Source: a virus
Lineage: Duplodnaviria > Caudoviricetes
Length of the DNA: 64,000 nt
IMG/VR virus record: IMGVR_UViG_2974602183_000001
Coordinates: 48,107-112,106 of that record
Strand: one strand, 5' to 3'
The first letter of the stretch is position 1. Each line of letters opens with the position of its first letter. The notes under the pieces are model-generated. The model saw nothing but the letters and a program-made list of their open reading frames with translations, did not search any database and was not told the origin of the DNA. Below are positions 48,757 through 58,399 of the stretch, piece by piece. A program made the translations under genes and the position numbers.

Positions 48757-50154
48757 TTAAGCAGCAGCGTAGTTAAGAACTGCTACGTTGTCACCAGAGA
48801 AGTAACGTTGTAGGTTCAGACGCTGTGTTACGTAGTAAGCATCTTTTTGTTGGCGCTGAATACGCTCATACTCAACCGTTACGTCACGCTGACGTGGTAC
48901 GATGAAGTCTGGAGTGTAAACTAGAACCGCACATGCTACGGAAGCAGCTTTAGCAGGGAAGTACTCAGATACAACAACGTTTAGACCGTAGATACGACCA
49001 ACTTGTCCTTGTAGCTTAGCAGCAGCATTACCTACTTTGTCCATATCTTGCCACTCTGGGTCTTCGATAAGGTCGTAGTAAACATCTAAGGAAACGATTA
49101 GAGTCAAGTCGTTTAGACGAGTACCCTTACGTCCTAGTTTACGACGAAGCTTCAATAGGTCGATAGCAGGAACTAGAGACGCTGCATCTGCACCGTTTAC
49201 AGTTGTTACTGCGTTGCCGTCATCGTTAGCTAGCTTAACTAGACCGATTGGAGCACCTGCAACAGTACCTGTAAGGAATGCTTTCTCGATAGCTTCTGCG
49301 TGTGCTTCGATTAGACGACGACGGATGATACCTAGAAGAGGAGTAATCGCATCTTCTGTAGTTTCGTCAGTCATGTAAGCTTTACATGCTAGTTTGTACG
49401 TACTGAACGTAATGTCAGTAAGTGCAGTGGTGTGCTCGCCACCGGTAGAGTTATCAGTACCGAACTGTGCAGCGTCAACCCATGTTGCACCTGCTGCGTC
49501 GCGGCCCGCTTCGATTTGCATTGTTAGCAACTTAGAAGTCATTGGTAGTTCTGTGAACAGGTTACCAACTACTAGGCGCTTTTGAATGTCACGAAGGATA
49601 CGGTTAGAGAATACTGTTTCGTAGTCTTCAGAAGAAACTTGGATAGAAGAAGCACCGTTTACTGCTTTATGAACTTCTGCACCGAACTTAGTGTCTTCTA
49701 CAGAGTCAACACCCATGATAGACTTAACGAACGCAGCATCTTCCATTAGCTGGTCACGGTCTTCTACGTTGCGAATTGTTTTACCAACTGCTGTAGCTAC
49801 GATATCTTTACCGTCACGACGTGCTAGTAGAGATTTAATTTCTGATTGTAGTTCTGTAACTACTTCTTGGTTTTCTTCTAGCTTAGCCGCGAAGTCTTCA
49901 GCCGATTTCTTAGCTGCTTCTTCCATTGCGTCGATAAGTTGTAGAGCTTTTTCGAATTTCTCACTCATCTCGCCTGTAGCGGTGTCAACTAGTTCCTGCA
50001 TGCGCTTCGTTTCAGCTTCCTGACGACGCTTATCTTCGTCTAGTTGCTTTTGGCGCTTCTGCTCTGCTACTAGGTCCGCGACGTCGTCTAGGCCTAGGTC
50101 TTTCTTAAGCTCAGCTTTAAGTTTGTTGATGTCAATATTTGGTGTGGTAGACAT
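48757..50154 (-). CDS. pb8: Major capsid protein pb8 with N-terminal delta (scaffold) domain
   Basis: Coiled-coil N-terminus, KAVN cleavage region, HK97-fold motifs. Confidence 0.95.
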   Translation of the reverse strand: MSTTPNIDINKLKAELKKDLGLDDVADLVAEQKRQKQLDEDKRRQEAETKRMQELVDTATGEMSEKFEKALQLIDAMEEAAKKSAEDFAAKLEENQEVVTELQSEIKSLLARRDGKDIVATAVGKTIRNVEDRDQLMEDAAFVKSIMGVDSVEDTKFGAEVHKAVNGASSIQVSSEDYETVFSNRILRDIQKRLVVGNLFTELPMTSKLLTMQIEAGRDAAGATWVDAAQFGTDNSTGGEHTTALTDITFSTYKLACKAYMTDETTEDAITPLLGIIRRRLIEAHAEAIEKAFLTGTVAGAPIGLVKLANDDGNAVTTVNGADAASLVPAIDLLKLRRKLGRKGTRLNDLTLIVSLDVYYDLIEDPEWQDMDKVGNAAAKLQGQVGRIYGLNVVVSEYFPAKAASVACAVLVYTPDFIVPRQRDVTVEYERIQRQQKDAYYVTQRLNLQRYFSGDNVAVLNYAAA

Positions 50155-50156
50155 TA

Positions 50157-50783
50157 TTAATCCTGTTTAAAATATCCTAGCGCATACGCTAGCTTTTCAA
50201 GTTCACTGTTAAAAACCGGTTCTACGCTAGGGGTAGAGCCTTTCTCTGCTCTGATTTCTTCTTTTAGAGCTTTGAATGATGTGGAGTCTAGAGATTTCTG
50301 AGCCTCAAATAATGAGTCTTGGTTACAAGGGATTGAAACCACTGAGATTTCAAATAACTCTAGTTCTGTAATTGTAAAGATGTCTTCGTCAACATCATAG
50401 CTGTAGTCGGAGATTCGGAAACCTACGGAGAATGCTTTAAGAGCACCCTTATCTACTAGACGGAAAACTCGTTGGTCTACATCGTAGATTTCAATCTCTA
50501 CGTATAGACCCTTCTCGTCTACCTTATAATCTAGCATCTTACCGATTGGCTCGTCATGGTCGTGCTGGAAAAGTACTATAGGGTTCTTTAAGTAGTTTTC
50601 CATTGCCTTGGGCTTAAGCCATGCATCGGCTGGGATTATATCTCCTGCTCTGTCTTCATTGGTAGTATTCGCGTACCCAGAGATAACAATAGAGCGGGTT
50701 TCGTCTTCGTTCTTCTGTTTCTTAACCACGTCAAAAGTGGAATTTAGCCACTTTTCACATCGTTTGTCTAGAACGTTACTCAT
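50157..50783 (-). CDS. pb11: Prohead protease pb11
   Basis: ISGYANT, DRAGD, LFQHD, FSVGF, EISVVSIPCN. Confidence 0.95.
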   Translation of the reverse strand: MSNVLDKRCEKWLNSTFDVVKKQKNEDETRSIVISGYANTTNEDRAGDIIPADAWLKPKAMENYLKNPIVLFQHDHDEPIGKMLDYKVDEKGLYVEIEIYDVDQRVFRLVDKGALKAFSVGFRISDYSYDVDEDIFTITELELFEISVVSIPCNQDSLFEAQKSLDSTSFKALKEEIRAEKGSTPSVEPVFNSELEKLAYALGYFKQD

Positions 50784-51030
50784 CGGAATCCTCCTCGACC
50801 GCTTCGGTCTTGACAGGCTCCTTAACTACAGGTTCTTCTTTGTTCTCGATAAATTCTTCGAAGTCTGCCACTAGTAGGTGCCAAGCTTTTACTGAGCACG
50901 TATTATAGGCTTTCTCTACCATAAGCTGTGTAACACCGTGATGTGCTACATATGCGTAAAAGTGAGCTTTTGTTGGGAGTGAGTCCCCAAATACTTCTTG
51001 GATTTTATCGAAAGGGATTGATTTGTTCAT
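50776..51030 (-). CDS. pb10: Capsid decoration protein (pb10 N-terminal domain only)
   Basis: FGDSLP...FYAYVAHH...KAW resembles the T5 pb10 capsid-binding domain; between portal and protease. Confidence 0.7.
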   Translation of the reverse strand: MNKSIPFDKIQEVFGDSLPTKAHFYAYVAHHGVTQLMVEKAYNTCSVKAWHLLVADFEEFIENKEEPVVKEPVKTEAVEEDSDE

Positions 51031-52238
51031 TAGCTATTATCCTCTTTCTTAGGGGCTCCGCCCTCTTCACCAGAAACACCAGTACCAGAACCCGCTACGT
51101 TTTGAGGGATTCTAATCTTATCCATTAGTGGGTCAGCGATAGGCTCTAGTCGTAGTTTCTCACGAGCTTCGTTACCTGTGATGATACCATTATTAACCTT
51201 AGAAGAAAGCTCATTGGACTCCTTCTCTCGGTCAGGTGTCAGTGCTGCAATATCGGAGGTGTCTAGTTTGATATCGAAACCGAAGAAGAACTCTAAAGCT
51301 TTTTCAAACTTCTCAGCTATTGGTAGAATAGTCAGGTAGTAGAATAGGTCAATATTAGGTCTAATATTAGCGTTGTTCCCGCCCTCTAGTAAGATTGGTG
51401 GGATACCTAATGCCTTACAAATCTCTTTGTCAAACCTATCTAGGTCTTCCTCGATACCTAACTCTTTTAAATTCGTTGCGCTAAGGGACTTAGCTTTCTT
51501 ACCCCCATCTAGGATAAGAACGTTTGATTTACCATTTCTAACGTTATGGTCGATGCGAATTTCTTCGCGCTCTCTATCCTTTAGACGCTTATTCAGAACC
51601 TGCTCGGTTTCTATAATAAGACCCATAACTGTTCCGTTGTCGAAGAACTTTTCTTTGAAGTGCTGCAACTTATCTTTTCGGATAATGCTACTTAGTGCTG
51701 ATAGGACTCTAGGGTAGCCTGATATCTGGGAGGTTTCTCCGTTGAAGGAGTTATCTTTTATGAAGATAATCTCATTAGGCTTGTACTTAGTTTGTCCATC
51801 ATATAAGAAATGGTTAATATAATATTTTTTATCAGCAAATACTTCCATATTCGCTGCCGGAAGGTGGTAGATAGCCTGTTCTTCTTCATTGTAGTAAATG
51901 AATGCCCAGCCCTCTAGTAAGAAATCCATGTAAACTAGTCGCCAGAAGGTACTTGAGTCCATGAATAGGTTAGGGCGCTGGTTCAGCAGTCTGTCTAAGG
52001 TCTTCCCTTTGATGCCTGAGCCATACGTGGTGTAGCCACGAGACTTTTGGACATCGAAGTCTACTTCTGCACAGGAGTCAATTAGCATGTTAACACCACG
52101 GTTAACTATCTCCATATCTCGGAAAGAGTTACGTACCGTAGTAGGACGCCTATTGCTTCGACTACTTGAAGGTTCTCTTCGCTGTATCTGTGGCTGTGCA
52201 GGGTTTATTTTTTCCTTTATCCAATCAAAGAAACCCAT
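51030..52238 (-). CDS. pb7: Portal protein pb7
   Basis: LLNQRPN, FFDNG, ILDGG, ALGIPPILL, GIITGNEAR. Confidence 0.95.
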   Translation of the reverse strand: MGFFDWIKEKINPAQPQIQRREPSSSRSNRRPTTVRNSFRDMEIVNRGVNMLIDSCAEVDFDVQKSRGYTTYGSGIKGKTLDRLLNQRPNLFMDSSTFWRLVYMDFLLEGWAFIYYNEEEQAIYHLPAANMEVFADKKYYINHFLYDGQTKYKPNEIIFIKDNSFNGETSQISGYPRVLSALSSIIRKDKLQHFKEKFFDNGTVMGLIIETEQVLNKRLKDREREEIRIDHNVRNGKSNVLILDGGKKAKSLSATNLKELGIEEDLDRFDKEICKALGIPPILLEGGNNANIRPNIDLFYYLTILPIAEKFEKALEFFFGFDIKLDTSDIAALTPDREKESNELSSKVNNGIITGNEAREKLRLEPIADPLMDKIRIPQNVAGSGTGVSGEEGGAPKKEDNS

Positions 52239-52240
52239 AC

Positions 52241-52714
52241 CTATACCAAAAACTTGCTTAAAGGCTTGGACTTGACCGCAAAAGTACCTAGAGCAGTTTC
52301 GTAACTGACCGTAGGTTCCTCAGTTAGGTCTTCAATTCCGTTAGCCTTATTGTGCATCTTCTCTACCCACTTCCTCTGCTTCGACGCAGTGTGTAGTAGA
52401 GGCTTCTGACCGTAGATTTTGTGCAGCAACACGTGATGAGTGTTACAGAGAGATACAGTGTCTTCGACTAGTTCATACCATTTATCTTTGTAAAATTCCT
52501 CACGCATAGCGAGTATCTTATCTACATTGGAGAGGTCCAACCCCTTCTCCTTGGTATACCTTTCTAGTACGAAAGCCACTGTATGATAGTGATGAAGCTC
52601 AATATCTTCTGTAGTTCCACAAATCTCGCAGCAGTCCTTCTTTTTGTATTGTGATTTTATTCCGTCTCGTATGTACTTAACGGCGTCACGTTTCAGTCCT
52701 GTATTTTTTGCCAT
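52241..52714 (-). CDS. T5-type nicking HNH endonuclease
   Basis: CEICG..ELHH...LCNTHH..LH; between terL and portal as in T5. Confidence 0.85.
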   Translation of the reverse strand: MAKNTGLKRDAVKYIRDGIKSQYKKKDCCEICGTTEDIELHHYHTVAFVLERYTKEKGLDLSNVDKILAMREEFYKDKWYELVEDTVSLCNTHHVLLHKIYGQKPLLHTASKQRKWVEKMHNKANGIEDLTEEPTVSYETALGTFAVKSKPLSKFLV

Positions 52715-52788
52715 GTTTGCTGCTCCAAATTCAATTCATGTTAGTATTATACATCACATAACAAATATGTCTAGGGGATTTTATACTA

Positions 52789-54087
52789 TCACCTTGAGTA
52801 ACTGTATAGTGCATAGCGTAACGCGTCCGCAGGGTGAGAATGCTCATCGTGGACTGGACGTTCACGTACAAGGTTCTCATTCATATCCCAACGGTAGTTG
52901 ATTAGCATGTCCACTACTATGTGGCACTTATCACTAATTATGAGTTTATCTTGCTCCAATAGCATCTGTAGATAGGATATACCATCTAGCACCGACTTAT
53001 TAGCTGGGTTACTAGGGATATCAAATTCGGACACTAAGTCTTGTCGGAACTGCGCTGCCGCAGAGTCGACGGTGATTATGTCTATCATCCACCTATCTAT
53101 TTGGTCCTGTATCTTCTCAGCGTGGTAGGATGTAGGCTTCAAGGCCTCCATGTACTCATCCACTACGTAGAATACATCCTCGTCAAAGCTATATTTAATA
53201 GAAAGAACTGCCGTAGGGTCTCTGTACCCTGGGTCAATACCCATAAGCCCTTCATACTCATACTCATTATTAAAGTTAATACCACTAAGGTCTTTAACGT
53301 GCTTGTCTGGGTCAAACGCTTCGTAGATTTGTCCTTCACGAGTGCTGAATGAACACTCAAACTCTTGCTCGAACTGAGGCTTAGACATCGCTGCACGCGC
53401 TTGCGCAATAACCTCTGGAGAAACCCTAGGGTTATCTTTATACGTACCGAATACCGAACACCATGAAGCAAACTCAGCCCCTTGACTAAACCCGTTGTTA
53501 TAGAAGTCATGCATCCAGTTCGTACCACGAGGGGTAGATATGAACAACGCCTTAGAGTTAGGTTTATCTAGGGTAGGCATCAAGGTAACGTTAAACGCAT
53601 CACCACCACGGTCATCGATTGCCGCTTCGTCGAACAGTACTAAGTCGTAAGAGCGACCAACACACGAGTCCGCGTTACCAACGGAACCAAGCTTTAGCAG
53701 GCTACCGTTTTCTAGCACTAGTTCTTTGTCTTTTGCATTACAACGTTCCATCTCTAGGCCATGAGCCTTTATTCGCTGCAACTGCTCGTTCCAAGAAATC
53801 TGGGCTAGGGAGTAGTTAGGTGCTATGATAAGTACCTGAGACCCTGGCTCTAGGAGCTTAAGGAAGGCAATAACGTTACCGATGTACGTCTTACCTGTAC
53901 GTCTACTTAAGACCCCCGTAACGAAACGGTATTGCGGGTCGTTGATAGCGTTGATTATCGCGAGCTGGGGTGCGATGGCGTCGATTTCTTCCATAGCAAG
54001 ATAGTTTTCAATCGGTAGTTTGATGAATCTATCTTCTACGGGGAAGTCTACTACTCTGTCGGTTACTATATCCCTACTACAAAGCAT
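52789..54087 (-). CDS. terL: Terminase large subunit
   Basis: SRRTGKT, LFDEAA, ISTPRG, GIDPG, HPADALRY. Start moved to the ATG after AGGAG. Confidence 0.95.
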   Translation of the reverse strand: MLCSRDIVTDRVVDFPVEDRFIKLPIENYLAMEEIDAIAPQLAIINAINDPQYRFVTGVLSRRTGKTYIGNVIAFLKLLEPGSQVLIIAPNYSLAQISWNEQLQRIKAHGLEMERCNAKDKELVLENGSLLKLGSVGNADSCVGRSYDLVLFDEAAIDDRGGDAFNVTLMPTLDKPNSKALFISTPRGTNWMHDFYNNGFSQGAEFASWCSVFGTYKDNPRVSPEVIAQARAAMSKPQFEQEFECSFSTREGQIYEAFDPDKHVKDLSGINFNNEYEYEGLMGIDPGYRDPTAVLSIKYSFDEDVFYVVDEYMEALKPTSYHAEKIQDQIDRWMIDIITVDSAAAQFRQDLVSEFDIPSNPANKSVLDGISYLQMLLEQDKLIISDKCHIVVDMLINYRWDMNENLVRERPVHDEHSHPADALRYALYSYSR

Positions 54088-54184
54088 AAAATTACTCCTA
54101 CAATTAGGAATATCATAGACCAGCAAGCCCTAGAGTTTAGTAACTCTCTAAATACAATAGCTAGGAGTATCTGAAACTTACTCA

Positions 54185-54655
54185 TCATGATTTCCCGTTA
54201 ATCAGAGAACCTAGAAGACCGTTCATCCCCTCGGAGCCTGAAAAGTTATTCTGAATGTTAGTTTGATTTGCAGGGGCTTTCTGTTTGTTTTGGGCCTCTA
54301 TAAGCTTAATCTCCATGTTAAGCTCAGCCATCTTCATTTTATGTACTTTCTCTAGCACAGATAGTAGGTCATCTTCCGATACTATGCCGGATTCTTCTGC
54401 CTCTGCGATTTTTCTATTAATTATTTCATCTAGGAGCCCGAATAGTCTGTCTCGGTTCCTAAATCCCGTTTCCATGAACACAGAGTTTATGTAGTGCCTA
54501 ACCTCGGGGGTCTTCATTTGGGCCGCTACAACCTCCACACCCATGCCTAGTTTTTCTGCGGCTGCCGCTACAGTGCCTGTCTCAAGATAGGCCTCAGCAA
54601 CTAACAACCCCTCCGGAGCCATTATCTCCGGAAGTAGTTTATCTTCATCTGACAT
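54185..54655 (-). CDS. terS: Terminase small subunit
   Basis: APEGL.VAEAYL HTH, GFRNR, NIQNN; T5 synteny. Confidence 0.88.
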   Translation of the reverse strand: MSDEDKLLPEIMAPEGLLVAEAYLETGTVAAAAEKLGMGVEVVAAQMKTPEVRHYINSVFMETGFRNRDRLFGLLDEIINRKIAEAEESGIVSEDDLLSVLEKVHKMKMAELNMEIKLIEAQNKQKAPANQTNIQNNFSGSEGMNGLLGSLINGKS

Positions 54656-54739
54656 CGAGTACTCCTCATCAAAATTTTTGCAAATCTTGTGATTATTATA
54701 TAATATAAATTCGCCGATGCAAAGATGATTTTGTTATGG

Positions 54740-54930
54740 GGTTGCCGAACCTTGCCGAGTACGAAATTTCACATAATAAAATTTTTGAACTGCCGTTTTT
54801 GCCGATACCTGCCGAGTAGTCTGTTTCTATGAGCACTGGGTATATTAGCACCGAGTACGCCTTACTTCAAAAATCACATAAGTATATTAGCACCGATAAC
54901 ATACCAAACCAAAATTCACATAAGTAGTAC
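54740..54930. repeat. Short dispersed repeats near the putative terminal-repeat boundary
   Basis: TATATTAGCACCGA x2, TCACATAA x3, several TGCCGA. Confidence 0.7.
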
Positions 54931-55054
54931 GTGAAGGGGGGTCGCCACGTGCCCTAAATGAGAACAAGTCTCATTACCGCCTACCCTGTACAGGTCTAGT
55001 CTGTTTTTGGAGGCAATCGCTGTACATCATGCGATTGCCTGCCCTGCCGTTATC

Positions 55055-55693
55055 TTATGCACTAGCACCTAACAGTTGACCAGTTAGCGATTCGATGAGA
55101 GATTCACTTTCATTATACGCCAGTTCCTCCATATCGTTAAAGCCTTGCTGATATGCAATTTCAAGCATAAGGTTTAAGTTAGTGGCATCAATAGCAGTAA
55201 AGCCTCTCGCTTTAGCTGCTTTAAGCACGCCCTGATGGTCGTCGTACATGATAAATTCGTGGTTGGTTCCGAAACGCTCAAGCAACATGTCAAAGTAGGC
55301 ACCCTTGTAGGCTGCATCACCTGAGTTATAGATACGCTGCACTTGCTCGGCTGTGAAGTGTTTATGTAGTTGGTCACGGCTAAGGACAAGAGGAACACGC
55401 AAACCGTTTTTGCGTAAATAGTAGTAATCACTATTAGCCATGTGTCGAGCCGTACAGATAACAACAATTTCGCCCTTAGATATTAGGGCTTTCATGTAAT
55501 CGGCTAGTGGCATTAGCTTGTCACGCATAACCTTATTGTGTACACACGCTTCTTTGCGGTACTTGTCAAGGTCTAAATCACCGCCCTCACGTAAACAAGG
55601 CTCTACACGTTCAAAGCTGTCTATAGTGGTTCCGTCTAGGTCAAAAATGTGAACGGTTTGCATTGATAAGGCTAATAGGTTTAGTTTATTCAT
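55055..55693 (-). CDS. dmp: Deoxynucleoside-5'-monophosphatase (HAD family)
   Basis: FDLDGT, CTAR, MYDD motifs; first pre-early gene position. Confidence 0.88.
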   Translation of the reverse strand: MNKLNLLALSMQTVHIFDLDGTTIDSFERVEPCLREGGDLDLDKYRKEACVHNKVMRDKLMPLADYMKALISKGEIVVICTARHMANSDYYYLRKNGLRVPLVLSRDQLHKHFTAEQVQRIYNSGDAAYKGAYFDMLLERFGTNHEFIMYDDHQGVLKAAKARGFTAIDATNLNLMLEIAYQQGFNDMEELAYNESESLIESLTGQLLGASA

Positions 55694-55769
55694 TGGTATT
55701 TCCTCGCATGTTTGCGGATTAGTTAGGTGTGACGGGCGTCACGTTTTTGCGCCCGTCACGGTTTGGGGT

Positions 55770-57437
55770 TTAGTATTGGTACTCGCCCACTTTGTACATA
55801 GGCACTAGCTGATGTGTAGAGTTAGGATAAATAACGGCGTTAGCTCTGTCCCAAGTTGTACCGCCTTTGTTATAGCCCATTTCCATCGAACCCGTTACAC
55901 CTACTACAACCGTGTTATTATCTTCAAACGGTGAATGTGTATGCCCTGTTACAGTCTTAATGCGCATTTTCTTAAAACTAACAGCCGAACCACGGGCACC
56001 GCCTGTACCTACATGACCATGTATTGATACATCATAACCGAATGCGAGGCGTTGCTCGTCAATCTTACCAAACTCAATGTTACTAGAAAGTTCTGGCAAA
56101 CGGTCTGCTAAGGCTGCAAAGGCTAAGTCCATTTTCGCAAGGTCGTTAAATGTTCCGTTATCCATCGCTTCAATGTAAGCAAGCATTAGGGCATGGTATG
56201 TGCGGGCGTTTTTCGGGTCTTTTCGTACATCAAAGCGATTATCACGCAACCAAGAATCTAGGGCTAGGTCGTGGTTTGACTCAACAATAAAGACGGGCGC
56301 AATTTCTGCCAAACGGTTTAGGTAGTTGATTACATCCGTTAAATCTTCAATTACGGCTCTATCTTGCATCTGGTATAAGAACGTCCAATCTTCACGGTTA
56401 TGATGGTTACGGCTCATAAAGTCTAGCGCATCATGTACAACTATCATCTTAGGGTTAACACCCTTAGCCCAGTCAGTTGCACGGCTGAATGAGTCGTCGC
56501 ACATCTTTTCGCAGTGTAAATCACCTAGCACGATTACCGGTTGATTTTCGAATACATCATTATAGGCTTTGATTGAGCCGTCAGGGAAGAACACCGAGCC
56601 GTTATCAATAATTACGCCGTTTTCATCTGATACCAATCTACGGTGAGTAACGTAGCCGTCACGCACTTCGATTAGTAGACCGCCGTAACAATGCTCGGAT
56701 TCTGCCTCCGCACCTGCACGGCTGTCGGTGTAGTGTTTGAGCGTACAAGCTGCCGTTGTATATACCCAACGGTGCGAGCCGTTTTTCTGTCTAGATAGTG
56801 TTTTTGTTTGTCGTCTAGGGCTAGCAACTACCGTGATTGACTCGCCAGTATTTAATCGCTCGGCTGCGTTGATAGGCTGTTTAGCAGTAGGCAAAATTTG
56901 CGCACTGTTTGCCAGTAATACATTACCTTCACCGCCTAACCAAGTGTCAACATAGGTTAATAGGTGCGCTTTTACATCCGCATGGAAGCTAGGCTTTTTG
57001 CGCTCCAAACCTTGCAAAGTTGTTGTATATTTAATAGGCATGATACCAAATTCAGCACCATAGTTTTTTGCCATAGATAGCAAGGTTTTCAGCACTGGAT
57101 GGGGATGGGTATTGTTCTGTCCTGCCGTAATGATATAAATACCGTCGTCTAGGTCGTCAGTTTCACGCCCTGACATCGAACCTGCGAAAGTTGGTTCGAT
57201 GTCCTCTTTCGCCTGTTTGGTATGCGATTTAGTTTGGGATTTTGGAGCCGGACGGTTGTCGTCCAGAAAGTCGATTATCTCCCTAGAATGTACATCCTCG
57301 CCCAGCTCCAAATCGTCACGGATTGCAATTGCTACCTCTCGGCGCTTGGAGTCTAGGCGTTTGCCCCAAAAGTTTTCGCCCTTAGCTAGCTTTAGGATTG
57401 CAGTTGCATTATCAGTGATTTTGTTAGAAATAGTCAT
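55770..57437 (-). CDS. A1: A1 protein (host DNA degradation / second-step transfer), metallophosphoesterase fold
   Basis: 555 aa; GDLH, HDALD, SNHD, IHGH, GHTHSP motifs. Confidence 0.92.
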   Translation of the reverse strand: MTISNKITDNATAILKLAKGENFWGKRLDSKRREVAIAIRDDLELGEDVHSREIIDFLDDNRPAPKSQTKSHTKQAKEDIEPTFAGSMSGRETDDLDDGIYIITAGQNNTHPHPVLKTLLSMAKNYGAEFGIMPIKYTTTLQGLERKKPSFHADVKAHLLTYVDTWLGGEGNVLLANSAQILPTAKQPINAAERLNTGESITVVASPRRQTKTLSRQKNGSHRWVYTTAACTLKHYTDSRAGAEAESEHCYGGLLIEVRDGYVTHRRLVSDENGVIIDNGSVFFPDGSIKAYNDVFENQPVIVLGDLHCEKMCDDSFSRATDWAKGVNPKMIVVHDALDFMSRNHHNREDWTFLYQMQDRAVIEDLTDVINYLNRLAEIAPVFIVESNHDLALDSWLRDNRFDVRKDPKNARTYHALMLAYIEAMDNGTFNDLAKMDLAFAALADRLPELSSNIEFGKIDEQRLAFGYDVSIHGHVGTGGARGSAVSFKKMRIKTVTGHTHSPFEDNNTVVVGVTGSMEMGYNKGGTTWDRANAVIYPNSTHQLVPMYKVGEYQY

Positions 57438-57472
57438 TAGAAATATCCTCGCTTATAGCGGTTAGTGGTGTA

Positions 57473-57513
57473 AATTTACACTGTAAATTGATGGTCAATT
57501 TACAGTGTAAATT
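57473..57513. repeat. Perfect 19-bp inverted repeat with 3-nt loop
   Basis: AATTTACACTGTAAATTGA-tgg-TCAATTTACAGTGTAAATT. Confidence 0.95.
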
Positions 57514-57594
57514 GCCCCCGTTTGGAGGCAATCTGTTAGAATAGGTTAGGTAGCACAAACGCACCTATCAGCACGCCTAGCACTAACCAGTTCA

Positions 57595-58080
57595 TTAGGC
57601 TTTCGCCGTTTCTTGGCGTGGAACTTTCGCTTCTTCGTCAGCTTGAGTGTCGTCAGGGTTAACAATCACTTGCTTACCGCTTAGGGCTTCCGCCAGCTCT
57701 ACGATTAGCTCCAAGTCGGAACCCACAGCTTGCTCTAGTGACTCAAACTTGCGTCCTGTCACTTCCACGCCGTTAGCGGTAGCTAGGTTTTGCAATGCAC
57801 GGATATAGTGAATTTTTTGGGTTTTCACTTTGCCACGTACTGAACGAGCTTTCGCAGCTTTTTGGTAAACTGGTTCGCCTTCTTCGTCTTTAAGCGTGGA
57901 CAGTTTAGAACGTACCGATTGAGCGGATTTAGCCCCGACCGCTTTCGCAATCTTGCCTAGCTCAACATTTGTATTAGCTGTTTCTAAACCAACTTCCGCC
58001 ACAAGTTCACGGTATAGAGTTGTTGCTTGAGATTCAGTTTCTTTGTTCCATTCAAAACCTGCTACTGTTTGCTTAGTCAT
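57595..58080 (-). CDS. A2: A2 DNA-binding protein
   Basis: IAKAVGAKSAQSVRSKL..VYQK HTH, FESLE; upstream of A1. Confidence 0.85.
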   Translation of the reverse strand: MTKQTVAGFEWNKETESQATTLYRELVAEVGLETANTNVELGKIAKAVGAKSAQSVRSKLSTLKDEEGEPVYQKAAKARSVRGKVKTQKIHYIRALQNLATANGVEVTGRKFESLEQAVGSDLELIVELAEALSGKQVIVNPDDTQADEEAKVPRQETAKA

Positions 58081-58211
58081 AATTGTTTCCTCTTTTCAGA
58101 TTTGCCGGATGTTATGAGCACCCGAGTAATGGGACAATTCCCCGAACTAGGCACTTGGTTAAATACCTAGTCAGTGAACTATTCGCTACCTGATAGAAAA
58201 CATATCCAAAT

Positions 58212-58223
58212 TGTTAAAGAGCG
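58212..58223 (-). promoter_or_regulatory. boxA antitermination element
   Basis: CGCTCTTTAACA(ATTT) on the minus strand, compared with rrn boxA TGCTCTTTAACA; just downstream of a promoter. Confidence 0.75.
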
Positions 58224-58244
58224 TATTCCCTTGGGAACGTTGTT

Positions 58245-58273
58245 AGTATCTCAAAAGCCGTTTATTGTGTCAA
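58245..58273 (-). promoter_or_regulatory. Strong pre-early promoter for A2-A1-dmp
   Basis: TTGACA-17-GATACT with an upstream A/T tract. Confidence 0.8.
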
Positions 58274-58399
58274 CTACTTTTTTGAAACTTTTTCGAAAGG
58301 CTTTTCGGCTTTTCTGTCCCGCCTTGTTGCTGCGGTATGTGTATATAATAGCAAATTGAGTCAATGAGTCTAATCGTTTAAATCTTTAAAAATCCCTAG

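Noticed and set aside
55728-55760. TGTGACGGGCGTCACG as a matS or CRP site
   Set aside because: The spacer is one base too long for matS, and it is explained as the arm of an RNA hairpin (GTGACGGGCG/CGCCCGTCAC).
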